From Gammaproteobacteria bacterium (GTDB lineage: Bacteria > Pseudomonadota > Gammaproteobacteria > Poriferisulfidales > GCA-002705445): a stretch of 64,000 nucleotides of DNA. Shown piece by piece: positions 1 through 8,382 of this stretch. The stretch lies in contig JABGXU010000008.1 in the NCBI GenBank assembly GCA_018675635.1, forward strand, positions 76,107 through 140,106, read 5' to 3'. The first letter of the stretch is position 1, and every line of letters begins with the position of its first letter. Both the position numbers and the translations under genes were made by a program. The notes beneath the pieces were generated by a model. That model had not been told where the DNA came from, ran no database searches, and saw only the letters and a list, made by a program, of their open reading frames with translations.

Positions 1-754
1 TGAAATTGGCACCAAGTTTAATACTATGGTTAAAAGAGCTGACCATAATCAAATAATGAAATACGTTATACATAATGTAGCTCATAATTATGGGAAGACA
101 GCAACATTCATGCCTAAACCAATAATCAATGATAACGGAAATGGTATGCATGTTCACCAATCTCTATTTTTAAATGGAGAAAATTTATTCTTAGGTGATG
201 AATATGGTGGTTTATCACAAACAGCCTTATATTATATTGGTGGAATTATTAAACATGCAAAAGCTATTAATGCTTTTTCTAATGCAGCTACAAACAGCTA
301 TAAAAGGCTTGTCCCAGGATTTGAAGCCCCAACTATTTTGACCTATGCAGCTAAAAATAGATCTGCAAGCATCAGAATTCCATTTGATGCAAATCCAAAA
401 GCCAGAAGAATTGAAGTAAGATTCCCTGATGCATGCGGAAATCCTTATCTAACTTTCACAGCATTAATGATGGCAGGCTTAGATGGAATAAAAAACCAAA
501 TACATCCAGGGGGACCTACGGAAATTGATCTATTTGAAGATTTAAGCCCGGAAGAAGAGGCAAAAATACCACATGTATGTTCTTCTCTTGATGAAGCTCT
601 TAAGGCGCTTGATGCTGATAGAGACTTTCTAAAAGCTGGCGATGTTTTTAATGATGATACTATTGATGCATATATAGCTCTTAAGATGGAAGAAGTGCAA
701 GCTTTTCAAGCAAACACTCATCCATTAGAGTTTGAAATGTATTATAGCTTGTAA
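1..754 (+). CDS. glnA: glutamine synthetase type I, C-terminal part (5' end lies outside the window)
   Basis: Frame stays open to the window edge (..[14 protein letters not shown]..). GS-I catalytic-domain signatures [40 protein letters not shown]. Confidence 0.95.
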   Translation, partial: EIGTKFNTMVKRADHNQIMKYVIHNVAHNYGKTATFMPKPIINDNGNGMHVHQSLFLNGENLFLGDEYGGLSQTALYYIGGIIKHAKAINAFSNAATNSYKRLVPGFEAPTILTYAAKNRSASIRIPFDANPKARRIEVRFPDACGNPYLTFTALMMAGLDGIKNQIHPGGPTEIDLFEDLSPEEEAKIPHVCSSLDEALKALDADRDFLKAGDVFNDDTIDAYIALKMEEVQAFQANTHPLEFEMYYSL

Positions 755-760
755 TTAAAA

Positions 761-1042
761 ATGGCCATAAATTCGAAGGTAACTACCAATGATTTGCCTG
801 AAGAATTATTAAATAAAAAAATTAATATTAACGCAAATAATGATTGGGGGAAAATTTTAGAATCATGGATATTAGAAAAATATAATACTAATTCAAAAAA
901 TATTTCTAAAGATATTGATAGTATTTATGAATCAATATTAATAAAATCAGCAATGGAATTAGCTAATGGTAAAAAAACAGATGCGGCTAAAATATTAGGC
1001 TGGGGAAGAAATACAATCACAAATAAAATGAAAAATTACTAA
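761..1042 (+). CDS. 93-aa stand-alone Fis-type HTH protein equivalent to the C-terminal DNA-binding end of NtrC
   Basis: ATG 7 nt after the glnA stop. DLPEELL...W...KTDAAKILGWGRNTITNKMK aligns by eye with E. coli NtrC DLPGELF...W...KQEAARLLGWGRNTLTRKLK. No receiver or AAA+ domain. Confidence 0.7.
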   Translation: MAINSKVTTNDLPEELLNKKININANNDWGKILESWILEKYNTNSKNISKDIDSIYESILIKSAMELANGKKTDAAKILGWGRNTITNKMKNY

Positions 1043-1980
1043 TTTAAATTCCCAATTAAATCTTTAATATTTTTAATTTCATTAAACTCTATATATTTTA
1101 CTAATTCATCATTAATTTTTGGGCAAATTAATGGGTCGTAAAACATTGCTGTCCCCAAACCAACAAGTGAAGCTCCAGCTAAAATAAATTCTATTGCATC
1201 TTTATAATTTATTATCCCCCCTTGCCCAATTATAGGAATATTATATTTCTTAGATATTTGATATGCTTCAAAAACTTTTAAGAGAGCTATTGGTTTTATA
1301 GCTGGGCCAGATAGACCTCCATTTATGTTATCTAAAACTGGTTTTCTTGATTTAATATCTATAGACATTGCTGAAATAGTATTTATTACAGATAATCCAT
1401 CCGCGCCAGCATCTATGCATTTTTGAGCACTCATTCCAATATTAGACTGATTTGGAGATAATTTTATTATTAATGGTTTTTTTGTATTTTTTCTACATTC
1501 AGAAACAATTTTTGAGGTCATTTCATAATCATTCCCAAAATGTACTCCACCTTCTTTTACATTCGGGCAAGAAATATTTATTTCTAATGCATTTATATTT
1601 GAATTATCAAATTTTTTTACAATGGCCACATACTCGTCAACTGAGGCACCAGATATATTTGCAATAAAATTTGTTTCATTAAAATTTAAACTAGGAAGTA
1701 TATTATCAATAACATAATCTGCCCCAGGATTTTGAAGCCCAATAGCATTAATCATGCCATCACTAGTTTCATATATTCTTTGAGCATTATTACCGAGTCT
1801 TTCATCTAGAGTAGTCCCTTTAAGACATATTCCGCCAACGTCGCTATTACTATAACCATCAACCCTTGTATATTCATCCCCAAAGCCAACACAACCAGAA
1901 AGTAAAATAATTGGCGAATTAAAAGTTAATCCAAAATAATTTGATCTAATTTTATTACTAGGCTTTTCGTCTTTGACCAT
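1039..1980 (-). CDS. pyrD: dihydroorotate dehydrogenase, class 1 (soluble, Cys active site)
   Basis: 313 aa with no N-terminal membrane helix. Motifs GLQNPG, catalytic loop NISCPN (Cys rather than the Ser of class 2), GGLSGPAIKPIAL, GQGGI. Confidence 0.85.
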   Translation of the reverse strand: MVKDEKPSNKIRSNYFGLTFNSPIILLSGCVGFGDEYTRVDGYSNSDVGGICLKGTTLDERLGNNAQRIYETSDGMINAIGLQNPGADYVIDNILPSLNFNETNFIANISGASVDEYVAIVKKFDNSNINALEINISCPNVKEGGVHFGNDYEMTSKIVSECRKNTKKPLIIKLSPNQSNIGMSAQKCIDAGADGLSVINTISAMSIDIKSRKPVLDNINGGLSGPAIKPIALLKVFEAYQISKKYNIPIIGQGGIINYKDAIEFILAGASLVGLGTAMFYDPLICPKINDELVKYIEFNEIKNIKDLIGNLN

Positions 1981-1987
1981 ATTTATA

Positions 1988-2944
1988 TTAAATTTCTGAT
2001 TTTTTATTTCTACTTAACAATTCATTTGCAGCCGTCTCTGGAGTTACTTTACCGTGTACTACATTATAAACCTGATTGCATATTGGTAAAACAATATTAT
2101 GTTTTTCACATAATTTAATTATACCATCTACTGCATATACACCTTCTACAGTTTCTTTAATCTTTTCTTGAATTTTTATTACTGAATTATTTTTAGTTAA
2201 CTCAAGCCCAAACTGGAAATTTCTAGATTGCTTATCATGACATGTTAGAGAAAGATCTCCTAAACCACTTAAACCATACAATGTTTTTAAATTACAGCCA
2301 AGCGTATCTCCTAAAAGTGTAATTTCAGCCATACCTCTTGTTATTATAGCTGACTTAGCATTTGGACCTAATGACAAGCCATCAGAAATTCCTGCCGCTA
2401 TTGCTAATATATTTTTCATAGCACCGCCTAATTGAACCCCAATTAAATCATCAGATTCATAAACTCTAAAAGTTTCACTATGAAATAGTTTTATAAAATA
2501 ATCTGATACATCTTTATTAGTAGATGCGATTGTTACTGCTGTTGGCTTATTTAAAAACACTTCATTTGCAAAAGATGGGCCTGATAAAACTGCTAAATTT
2601 TCATTAGAACAAAATTGTGAAAAAATTTCTGTAGGAAATTCAGATTTTTTAGAATCTATGCCCTTGCACGCTAATAAAATTTTTCTTTTGGAATTCGATG
2701 ATTTATAAATTTGACCAATATTTTCAAGAGAAGCAACTGGTGTTGCAACTATAATGGAACCATCTCCACTTATAATTTCCTCAAGATTAAAAGAATAATT
2801 AAAATCTTTATTTTTAAATTTTGAATTTATGCTTTCTAGAGATCTTGCCCAGATAATTGTTTGATAATTATTATTTAATAAAGACTTACTTAAAGCATGA
2901 CCCCAGGGTCCAGCTCCAAGTATTATTATTTCTCTAGAATTCAT
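1988..2944 (-). CDS. gpsA: NAD(P)H-dependent glycerol-3-phosphate dehydrogenase
   Basis: GAGPWGHAL Rossmann start, GGAMKNILAIAAGISDG, VEGVYA motifs. 318 aa. Confidence 0.92.
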   Translation of the reverse strand: MNSREIIILGAGPWGHALSKSLLNNNYQTIIWARSLESINSKFKNKDFNYSFNLEEIISGDGSIIVATPVASLENIGQIYKSSNSKRKILLACKGIDSKKSEFPTEIFSQFCSNENLAVLSGPSFANEVFLNKPTAVTIASTNKDVSDYFIKLFHSETFRVYESDDLIGVQLGGAMKNILAIAAGISDGLSLGPNAKSAIITRGMAEITLLGDTLGCNLKTLYGLSGLGDLSLTCHDKQSRNFQFGLELTKNNSVIKIQEKIKETVEGVYAVDGIIKLCEKHNIVLPICNQVYNVVHGKVTPETAANELLSRNKKSEI

Positions 2945-2946
2945 AT

Positions 2947-3198
2947 TTATTCAGTTTTATTATTAAGATTTCCATCCATATCAAATTCTACTAAATCATC
3001 GTAGCCGCCAATATGCTGTTCATCTATAAAAATTTGAGGAACTGATTGCCTTCCGCTTGATAGTCTTAGCATTTCTTCAAATTTCTGACTATCTTGGTCG
3101 ATCTTATATTCGATATAATTTATATTTCTTTTTTCAAGCAACATTTTTGCTCTTACACAATACGGACATATAGCTGTTGAATAAATTACTGCATTCAT
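2947..3198 (-). CDS. grxC: glutaredoxin 3
   Basis: 83 aa, CPYC active site, SVPQIFI..HIGGYDDL. Sits directly upstream of gpsA. Confidence 0.9.
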   Translation of the reverse strand: MNAVIYSTAICPYCVRAKMLLEKRNINYIEYKIDQDSQKFEEMLRLSSGRQSVPQIFIDEQHIGGYDDLVEFDMDGNLNNKTE

Positions 3199-3200
3199 TA

Positions 3201-3623
3201 TTAACTCTTAACTATTGGAAGATTATCTGAAACCCATGCTTCAAACCCACCTTTCATAGAGTATACTTCATTAAAATTATTTTTCGTCAATATATTTGAT
3301 ACAGATGAAGACCTAACTCCTGATTTGCAATATACAATTGTCGGCTTATTACTATATTCTTTTATTGTATCAATATTTGATTGGATTGAAGAAAAATTTA
3401 TATGTTTTGAATTCTTAATAATTCCTTGGCTTAATTCTGAATCATTTCTAACATCGAGTAAAAAAGCATCCTTATTGATTAAAAAAACTGCCTCTTGTGG
3501 AGTTATACTTTTATATTTCTGTGTAAAATTATTAAATTCACTAATAATTAAAAAAATTAATATTAGAAAAAATAGAAAAAATAAAACTGGATTATTTGAA
3601 ATAAAATTAAAATAAACTTCCAT
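3201..3623 (-). CDS. membrane-anchored rhodanese-domain sulfurtransferase (YibN-like)
   Basis: N-terminal hydrophobic helix (PVLFFLFFLILIFLII), then a rhodanese fold with active-site loop CKSGVRS. Its position upstream of grxC-gpsA mirrors E. coli yibN. Confidence 0.8.
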   Translation of the reverse strand: MEVYFNFISNNPVLFFLFFLILIFLIISEFNNFTQKYKSITPQEAVFLINKDAFLLDVRNDSELSQGIIKNSKHINFSSIQSNIDTIKEYSNKPTIVYCKSGVRSSSVSNILTKNNFNEVYSMKGGFEAWVSDNLPIVKS

Positions 3624-3643
3624 AGTGAATTCTTTTATTTATT

Positions 3644-3967
3644 TTACGAAGAACAAAAAACTTCTCGCATCATCTCTAAAAGCTTCAAAGTTCGTTCATC
3701 GGTAACCCTATAAAATACTTTATTAGCTTCTTTTCGGGTAGTTAATACGCCTTTATCTTTCAGTATTCCTAAATGCTGAGATATGTTACTTTGAGAAGTG
3801 CCAACAGTGTCAACGATATCTTGCACACTAAACTCTGAATCACCTAAAATACAAAGTATCTTTAATCTAAGTGGATGTGACATTGCTTTAATAGATCGGG
3901 ATGCTTTCTCTATATCTTCTTGACTGACATTACTGTGGTCTATTCTCTCTTCTGCAGTCTCTGACAT
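3644..3967 (-). CDS. ArsR/SmtB-family transcriptional repressor, BigR/SqrR-like two-Cys type (candidate persulfide sensor)
   Basis: HPLRLKILCIL and recognition helix QSNISQHLGILKDKGVL. The only Cys residues are C39 and C105, a spacing of 66 as in BigR C42/C108 and SqrR C41/C107. Confidence 0.75.
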   Translation of the reverse strand: MSETAEERIDHSNVSQEDIEKASRSIKAMSHPLRLKILCILGDSEFSVQDIVDTVGTSQSNISQHLGILKDKGVLTTRKEANKVFYRVTDERTLKLLEMMREVFCSS

Positions 3968-4018
3968 AAAGCTAACCTCTTATTATTATTATACTATTAG
4001 TTTAATGTTAACAATCTA

Positions 4019-4036
4019 TATTAGAAATGTCTAATA
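4019..4036. promoter_or_regulatory. 7-4-7 inverted repeat TATTAGA-AATG-TCTAATA, candidate operator in the divergent arsR-like/ctpA promoter region
   Basis: Perfect 7-bp arms read directly from the sequence, 52-69 bp upstream of the ArsR-like start. The AT-rich background makes a chance occurrence plausible. Confidence 0.25.
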
Positions 4037-4159
4037 AATTAATTATCAAAATTTATTTGACTTTTAAGTAGAAAATTACATTAAATAAAGAATAAATCCA
4101 TGCTTAAAAGATAAAAAATTTAGTTTGGCTGAATGATAAAATTCTAATACTATAGTGGA

Positions 4160-5461
4160 ATGAAAATTTTTAAAAAAACAAACTTCTCTTACATATTTCT
4201 TATTATATTTGCATTTGGATTAATAGTTAATTACCAAAGTGAAAATCAGGCTCAAGCAGCAAAAACGAGTCTTCCTTTAAATCAATTACAAATTTTTTCA
4301 GAGGTATATTCAAAAATAAAACATAATTATGTTCAAGATATAGATGATAAAGAACTTTTTGATAACGCAATAAAAGGTATGCTTGAAGGACTTGATCCTC
4401 ATTCGACATTCCTAGATGAAAAAGATTATAAAGATTTAAAAATTGGCACAAGAGGGGAATTTGGTGGTTTAGGAATAGAAGTAACTATGGAGGATGGTTT
4501 TGTTAAGGTAATAACACCGATTGATGATACTCCCGCATTCAATGCTGGAGTTAAGGCTGGCGATCTAGTTATAAAAATAGACGACAAATCGGTTCAAGGG
4601 TTATCTCTTAGCCAAGCTGTTGATCTTATGAGAGGAAAAATTGGCACTGCTATACTACTCACTATTGCTAGAGACGGCGAAGGTGAGCCACTAGAAATAA
4701 AAATAATTAGAGATACGATTAAGGTTAAAAGCGTTAAATATGAAATTATAGATGATTATTATGCATATATTAGAATTTCAAGTTTTCAAAATAAAACAGG
4801 AAACAGTCTTATTAAGGCTATTTCTGATTTAAACAAAAAATCGAAAGGCAATATTAAAGGATACGTTATTGATATGAGAAACAATCCAGGAGGAGTCTTG
4901 GGCGCAGCTGTTGATGTTAGTGACGCATTTATAAAAGGGAAAAAGAAACTTGTTTTTACAAAAGGGAAAACACAAGATGCTATGCATGAATTTATATCTA
5001 ATAATTCTGATTTAGCCGATGGTAAGCCTATGGTCGTATTAATTAATGGTGGTTCTGCTTCTGCTTCTGAAATAGTAGCTGGAGCATTGCAAGATCATAA
5101 AAGAGCAATAATTATGGGCACACAATCTTTTGGAAAGGGGTCTGTGCAAACCATATTACCAATTACATCAAGGACCGCAGTAAAACTTACAACTGCTAGA
5201 TACTACACACCTAACGGAAGATCAATACAAGCAAAAGGAATAACTCCTGATATTATTGTTAAAAACTTAGAGTTAAAAGCACAAAAAGATAGCAAAATGA
5301 TAAAAGAATCTGATTTAAAAGGGCATTTAAAAAATAATGATAAAAAAACAGACAACAAAATACTAGTGAATAAGAATAGAAAACTTAGTGAGGATTATCA
5401 ATTATCTGAGGCAATTAATTTGCTAAAAGGCTTAAATATAATTTCTTTCAATAAAAACTAA
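4160..5461 (+). CDS. ctpA: carboxy-terminal processing protease, S41 family with PDZ domain
   Basis: Signal/anchor N-terminus, PDZ (GGLGIEV...AGVKAGDLVIKID), S41 core GGSASASEIVAGALQD...GKGSVQ, TARYYTPNGRSIQ. Confidence 0.9.
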   Translation: MKIFKKTNFSYIFLIIFAFGLIVNYQSENQAQAAKTSLPLNQLQIFSEVYSKIKHNYVQDIDDKELFDNAIKGMLEGLDPHSTFLDEKDYKDLKIGTRGEFGGLGIEVTMEDGFVKVITPIDDTPAFNAGVKAGDLVIKIDDKSVQGLSLSQAVDLMRGKIGTAILLTIARDGEGEPLEIKIIRDTIKVKSVKYEIIDDYYAYIRISSFQNKTGNSLIKAISDLNKKSKGNIKGYVIDMRNNPGGVLGAAVDVSDAFIKGKKKLVFTKGKTQDAMHEFISNNSDLADGKPMVVLINGGSASASEIVAGALQDHKRAIIMGTQSFGKGSVQTILPITSRTAVKLTTARYYTPNGRSIQAKGITPDIIVKNLELKAQKDSKMIKESDLKGHLKNNDKKTDNKILVNKNRKLSEDYQLSEAINLLKGLNIISFNKN

Positions 5462-5569
5462 ATAGAATCAATAATTTACAAGATAAAAATAGGTCTTGAG
5501 AGTTACGAAATGCAATGTATAATAACGCGCTCGCATATTATTATATAAATTATAAGGAATAGTAAATAC

Positions 5570-5980
5570 ATGAAATATACAGAATCAAAAATAAAAAAAG
5601 CTTCGGCTAATAGGTATATGAATCAAGATCAACTAGATTTCTTTAGAGAACGCCTTATTATTATGAAGGACGAATTACGAATTCATTTAGAAAATGAAAG
5701 AACACAGCTTGGGCAGCAATCTAGAGAATGCGATGACTTGGACAGAGCGCAAATCGAAGAAGAAATTCATTTAAGATTAAGAATATTAGATAGAGAATCA
5801 AAACTATTACCAAAAATAGATGAGGCTATAAAAAGAATAGACGATGGAAGCTATGGTTATTGCCGAAATACTGGTGAAGCAATTGGAATAGAAAGACTTC
5901 TAGTTAGGCCTACTGCTTTATTTTCTGCTGAAGAAAAAAACAGGCAAGAAAAAATTGAAAAGGCTTATAGAGATTCATAG
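5570..5980 (+). CDS. dksA: RNA polymerase-binding regulator DksA, zinc-finger-depleted variant
   Basis: Coiled-coil tip DDLDRAQ (DxxDxA). C-terminal GSYGYCRNTGEAIGIERLLVRPTALFSAEEK aligns with E. coli [29 protein letters not shown] but keeps only 1 of the 4 Cys. Confidence 0.85.
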   Translation: MKYTESKIKKASANRYMNQDQLDFFRERLIIMKDELRIHLENERTQLGQQSRECDDLDRAQIEEEIHLRLRILDRESKLLPKIDEAIKRIDDGSYGYCRNTGEAIGIERLLVRPTALFSAEEKNRQEKIEKAYRDS

Positions 5981-6010
5981 TTAGACTATAAATCTCTAAA
6001 ACGATAGTAC

Positions 6011-6481
6011 TTATTTTACATTTTCCTTAAAAAGATCTGAAATCCTTGTTTTTACGTTTGGCATCATTACTGTGTCTTCAAATTTTTGAATTGCAGCTAT
6101 TATCTCTTGGCTATTATTCGCATCAGCTACTTGAATGATACCAGCCATAGCCATCATTGCATGAGGAGCACATTTATATAAGTACAATCCCTTTACATCA
6201 AATGTAACCTTTGTGGATGGCTCATACCTTGTATCAAAAGGTTTGCTTCCAGATGGAGCTGCTACAGTAACAGCATTATGGCCTGCGTCAGCCATTTCAA
6301 ATAAAACACTATCACCCAAATTAATCTTTAAAAAAGATGGCTCAAAAACCATAGCTCCTAATGTACCCATATTTTTCATTTGAACAACATGAGTCTTATG
6401 GTCGCCGTGGCTAGATGCAAAGATAGCTTGGCTTGCTATTATTACAGATAAAATTAATGAGAGTTTTACAAATTTATTCAT
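6011..6481 (-). CDS. pseudoazurin-type blue copper protein (periplasmic)
   Basis: Signal peptide. Copper ligand pattern GHN ... YKCAPHAMMAM (Cys-x2-His-x4-Met), as in pseudoazurins. Confidence 0.8.
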   Translation of the reverse strand: MNKFVKLSLILSVIIASQAIFASSHGDHKTHVVQMKNMGTLGAMVFEPSFLKINLGDSVLFEMADAGHNAVTVAAPSGSKPFDTRYEPSTKVTFDVKGLYLYKCAPHAMMAMAGIIQVADANNSQEIIAAIQKFEDTVMMPNVKTRISDLFKENVK

Positions 6482-6557
6482 CTTTATATCCTTATTGTTA
6501 AGTTTATAAACGTAATATACTATACTTTATTAAACCATAAAATACCCATATAGTTTC

Positions 6558-6737
6558 ATGAACAAAATTTTAATAGAAAAAAATAAAAAAAATGCTAAAA
6601 AAGCTATTAAAGAAGCTAAAGAGCGCAAAAGAAAAGAAATTATCGTACTAAGAACAAAAGAGAAAAATGGCCCTAAGGGACTTGAACCAACCAGATATGG
6701 AGACTGGGAAAGAAAAGGAATAACGTACGATTTTTAG
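6558..6737 (+). CDS. DUF1674 / SDHAF4-like small protein (59 aa, below the ORF-track cutoff)
   Basis: Hand translation: MNKILIEKNKKNAKKAIKEAKERKRKEIIVLRTKEKNGPKGLEPTRYGDWERKGITYDF. The C-terminal GPxGxEPTRYGDWERKGxxxDF is the family signature (human SDHAF4 ends ..GPEPTRYGDWERKGRCIDF). Confidence 0.75.
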   Translation: MNKILIEKNKKNAKKAIKEAKERKRKEIIVLRTKEKNGPKGLEPTRYGDWERKGITYDF

Positions 6738-6738
6738 T

Positions 6739-7353
6739 CTAAACAGCTAAATACTCCCACAAATACCAGCAAACTACTGATCTATAAGGCTTCCATCTTT
6801 CAGCAATAGAATTTATTTTCCCCAAGTCTTCTCTATCAACTTTATAGAGCTCAGAAACCGCTCTTCTAAGTGCTACATCACCTACTGAAAATATATCTAA
6901 TCTTTTATAAGCAAACATTAAAAACATTTCAGCTGTCCAGGGGCCTACACCTTTAAGCGAAATTAAATAATTAATTGCATTTTTATCACTTAAACTATTA
7001 ATATTTTTTAAAGATAATTTTCCACTTACAATATCTTTAGCAATTGACTTTATGTATTGATGTTTTCTGCCTGAAAGTCCTTGTTCTCTAGCCCATTTTA
7101 GACTAGATTTCGATATATAAATTAAAAATAATTTTTTTGTTTTTGCCACTGATATTACTCTTTTCCAAATAGTGTCGGCGGCCTTAGCAGAAATTTGCTG
7201 CCCTGCAATTGACTGAGCTAATTCAAAAAATAAAATATCTTCCTTTATTATAGGTTTTTTTATAAAAGGACATTCTATTGATAGGTCAAGAATATGAATA
7301 AGATTTTTGTCTTTAAGAATTAATTTTTCAAATATTTTTTTTCTGCTTTGCAA
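6739..7353 (-). CDS. HhH-GPD superfamily DNA glycosylase (AlkA / 3-methyladenine glycosylase II-like)
   Basis: LKGVGPWTAEMFLMF helix-hairpin-helix followed by VGDVALRRA (catalytic Asp region). 204 aa. Confidence 0.75.
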   Translation of the reverse strand: MQSRKKIFEKLILKDKNLIHILDLSIECPFIKKPIIKEDILFFELAQSIAGQQISAKAADTIWKRVISVAKTKKLFLIYISKSSLKWAREQGLSGRKHQYIKSIAKDIVSGKLSLKNINSLSDKNAINYLISLKGVGPWTAEMFLMFAYKRLDIFSVGDVALRRAVSELYKVDREDLGKINSIAERWKPYRSVVCWYLWEYLAV

Positions 7354-7359
7354 AAGCTA

Positions 7360-8382
7360 TTACACTTTGGAAGACAAGCCTGTAACATCATAAACTTCTT
7401 TTAGAACTTCAGAAGCAATTATTCTAGCTCTTTGTGATCCTGAATCTAATATTTCTTGTAAATAATTGCTGTCATCTGTTAATTTTGACATCTCTTCTCT
7501 AATTGGTGAAATAGTTTTTATTAAAACTTCTGTTAAATCTGATTTTAGATCAGAAAAATTTTTTCCCTGATACTTTTTAAAAGCTATGCTTAATTCTTGA
7601 TCTTCACAAGCAGCATATATAGACAATAAATTACTAGCTTCTGGCATACCATCTAATTCTTTTATTTTATTTGGAATAGGCATTGCGTCTGTCTTTGCCT
7701 TTTTTATTTTTTTTGCAATAATGTCATTTGTATCGGTAAGCATAATTCTTGAATATTCTGATACGTCGGATTTACTCATTTTTTTTAAACCATCTCTTAA
7801 ACTCATTACTCTGGCTGCTCCTTTTAATATAATTGGTTCTGGCAGAGGAAATATTTCTTTTTGAAAATCATTATTAAATTTTAAAACAATATCTCTACAA
7901 AGTTCTAAATGCTGCTTTTGATCATCTCCAACAGGCACATGTGTAGCTTTGTATATCATAATATCTGAGGCCATCAGAATGGGGTAAGCAAATAATCCAA
8001 CGCTAACATTCTCTTTATTTTTACCAGCTTTATCTTTAAATTGCGTCATTCTATTCAGCCAACCCATGCGGGCTACACAATTTAATATCCAGGCTAATTG
8101 AGAATGTTCTGGAACTTGAGATTGATTAAATATTAAACTTTTTTTTGGATCTATTCCTGAAGCTATAAATGCTGCAGCAACTTCACATTTTTTTGAAATT
8201 AATTCAGCTGGCTCTTGCCACACTGTTATTGCGTGCAAGTCAACAACGCAAAATAATGATTCGTACTTTTCTTGTAAAGGCACAAAATTTTTTATTGCCC
8301 CCAAATAATTACCTAAATGAAGGCCACCAGTAGGCTGGACCCCAGATAAAACTCTATTAACAAAGTTATTTTTATTACTCAT
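7360..8382 (-). CDS. trpS: tryptophan--tRNA ligase
   Basis: [16 protein letters not shown] (HIGH-type), KMSKS present. 340 aa. Confidence 0.95.
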   Translation of the reverse strand: MSNKNNFVNRVLSGVQPTGGLHLGNYLGAIKNFVPLQEKYESLFCVVDLHAITVWQEPAELISKKCEVAAAFIASGIDPKKSLIFNQSQVPEHSQLAWILNCVARMGWLNRMTQFKDKAGKNKENVSVGLFAYPILMASDIMIYKATHVPVGDDQKQHLELCRDIVLKFNNDFQKEIFPLPEPIILKGAARVMSLRDGLKKMSKSDVSEYSRIMLTDTNDIIAKKIKKAKTDAMPIPNKIKELDGMPEASNLLSIYAACEDQELSIAFKKYQGKNFSDLKSDLTEVLIKTISPIREEMSKLTDDSNYLQEILDSGSQRARIIASEVLKEVYDVTGLSSKV

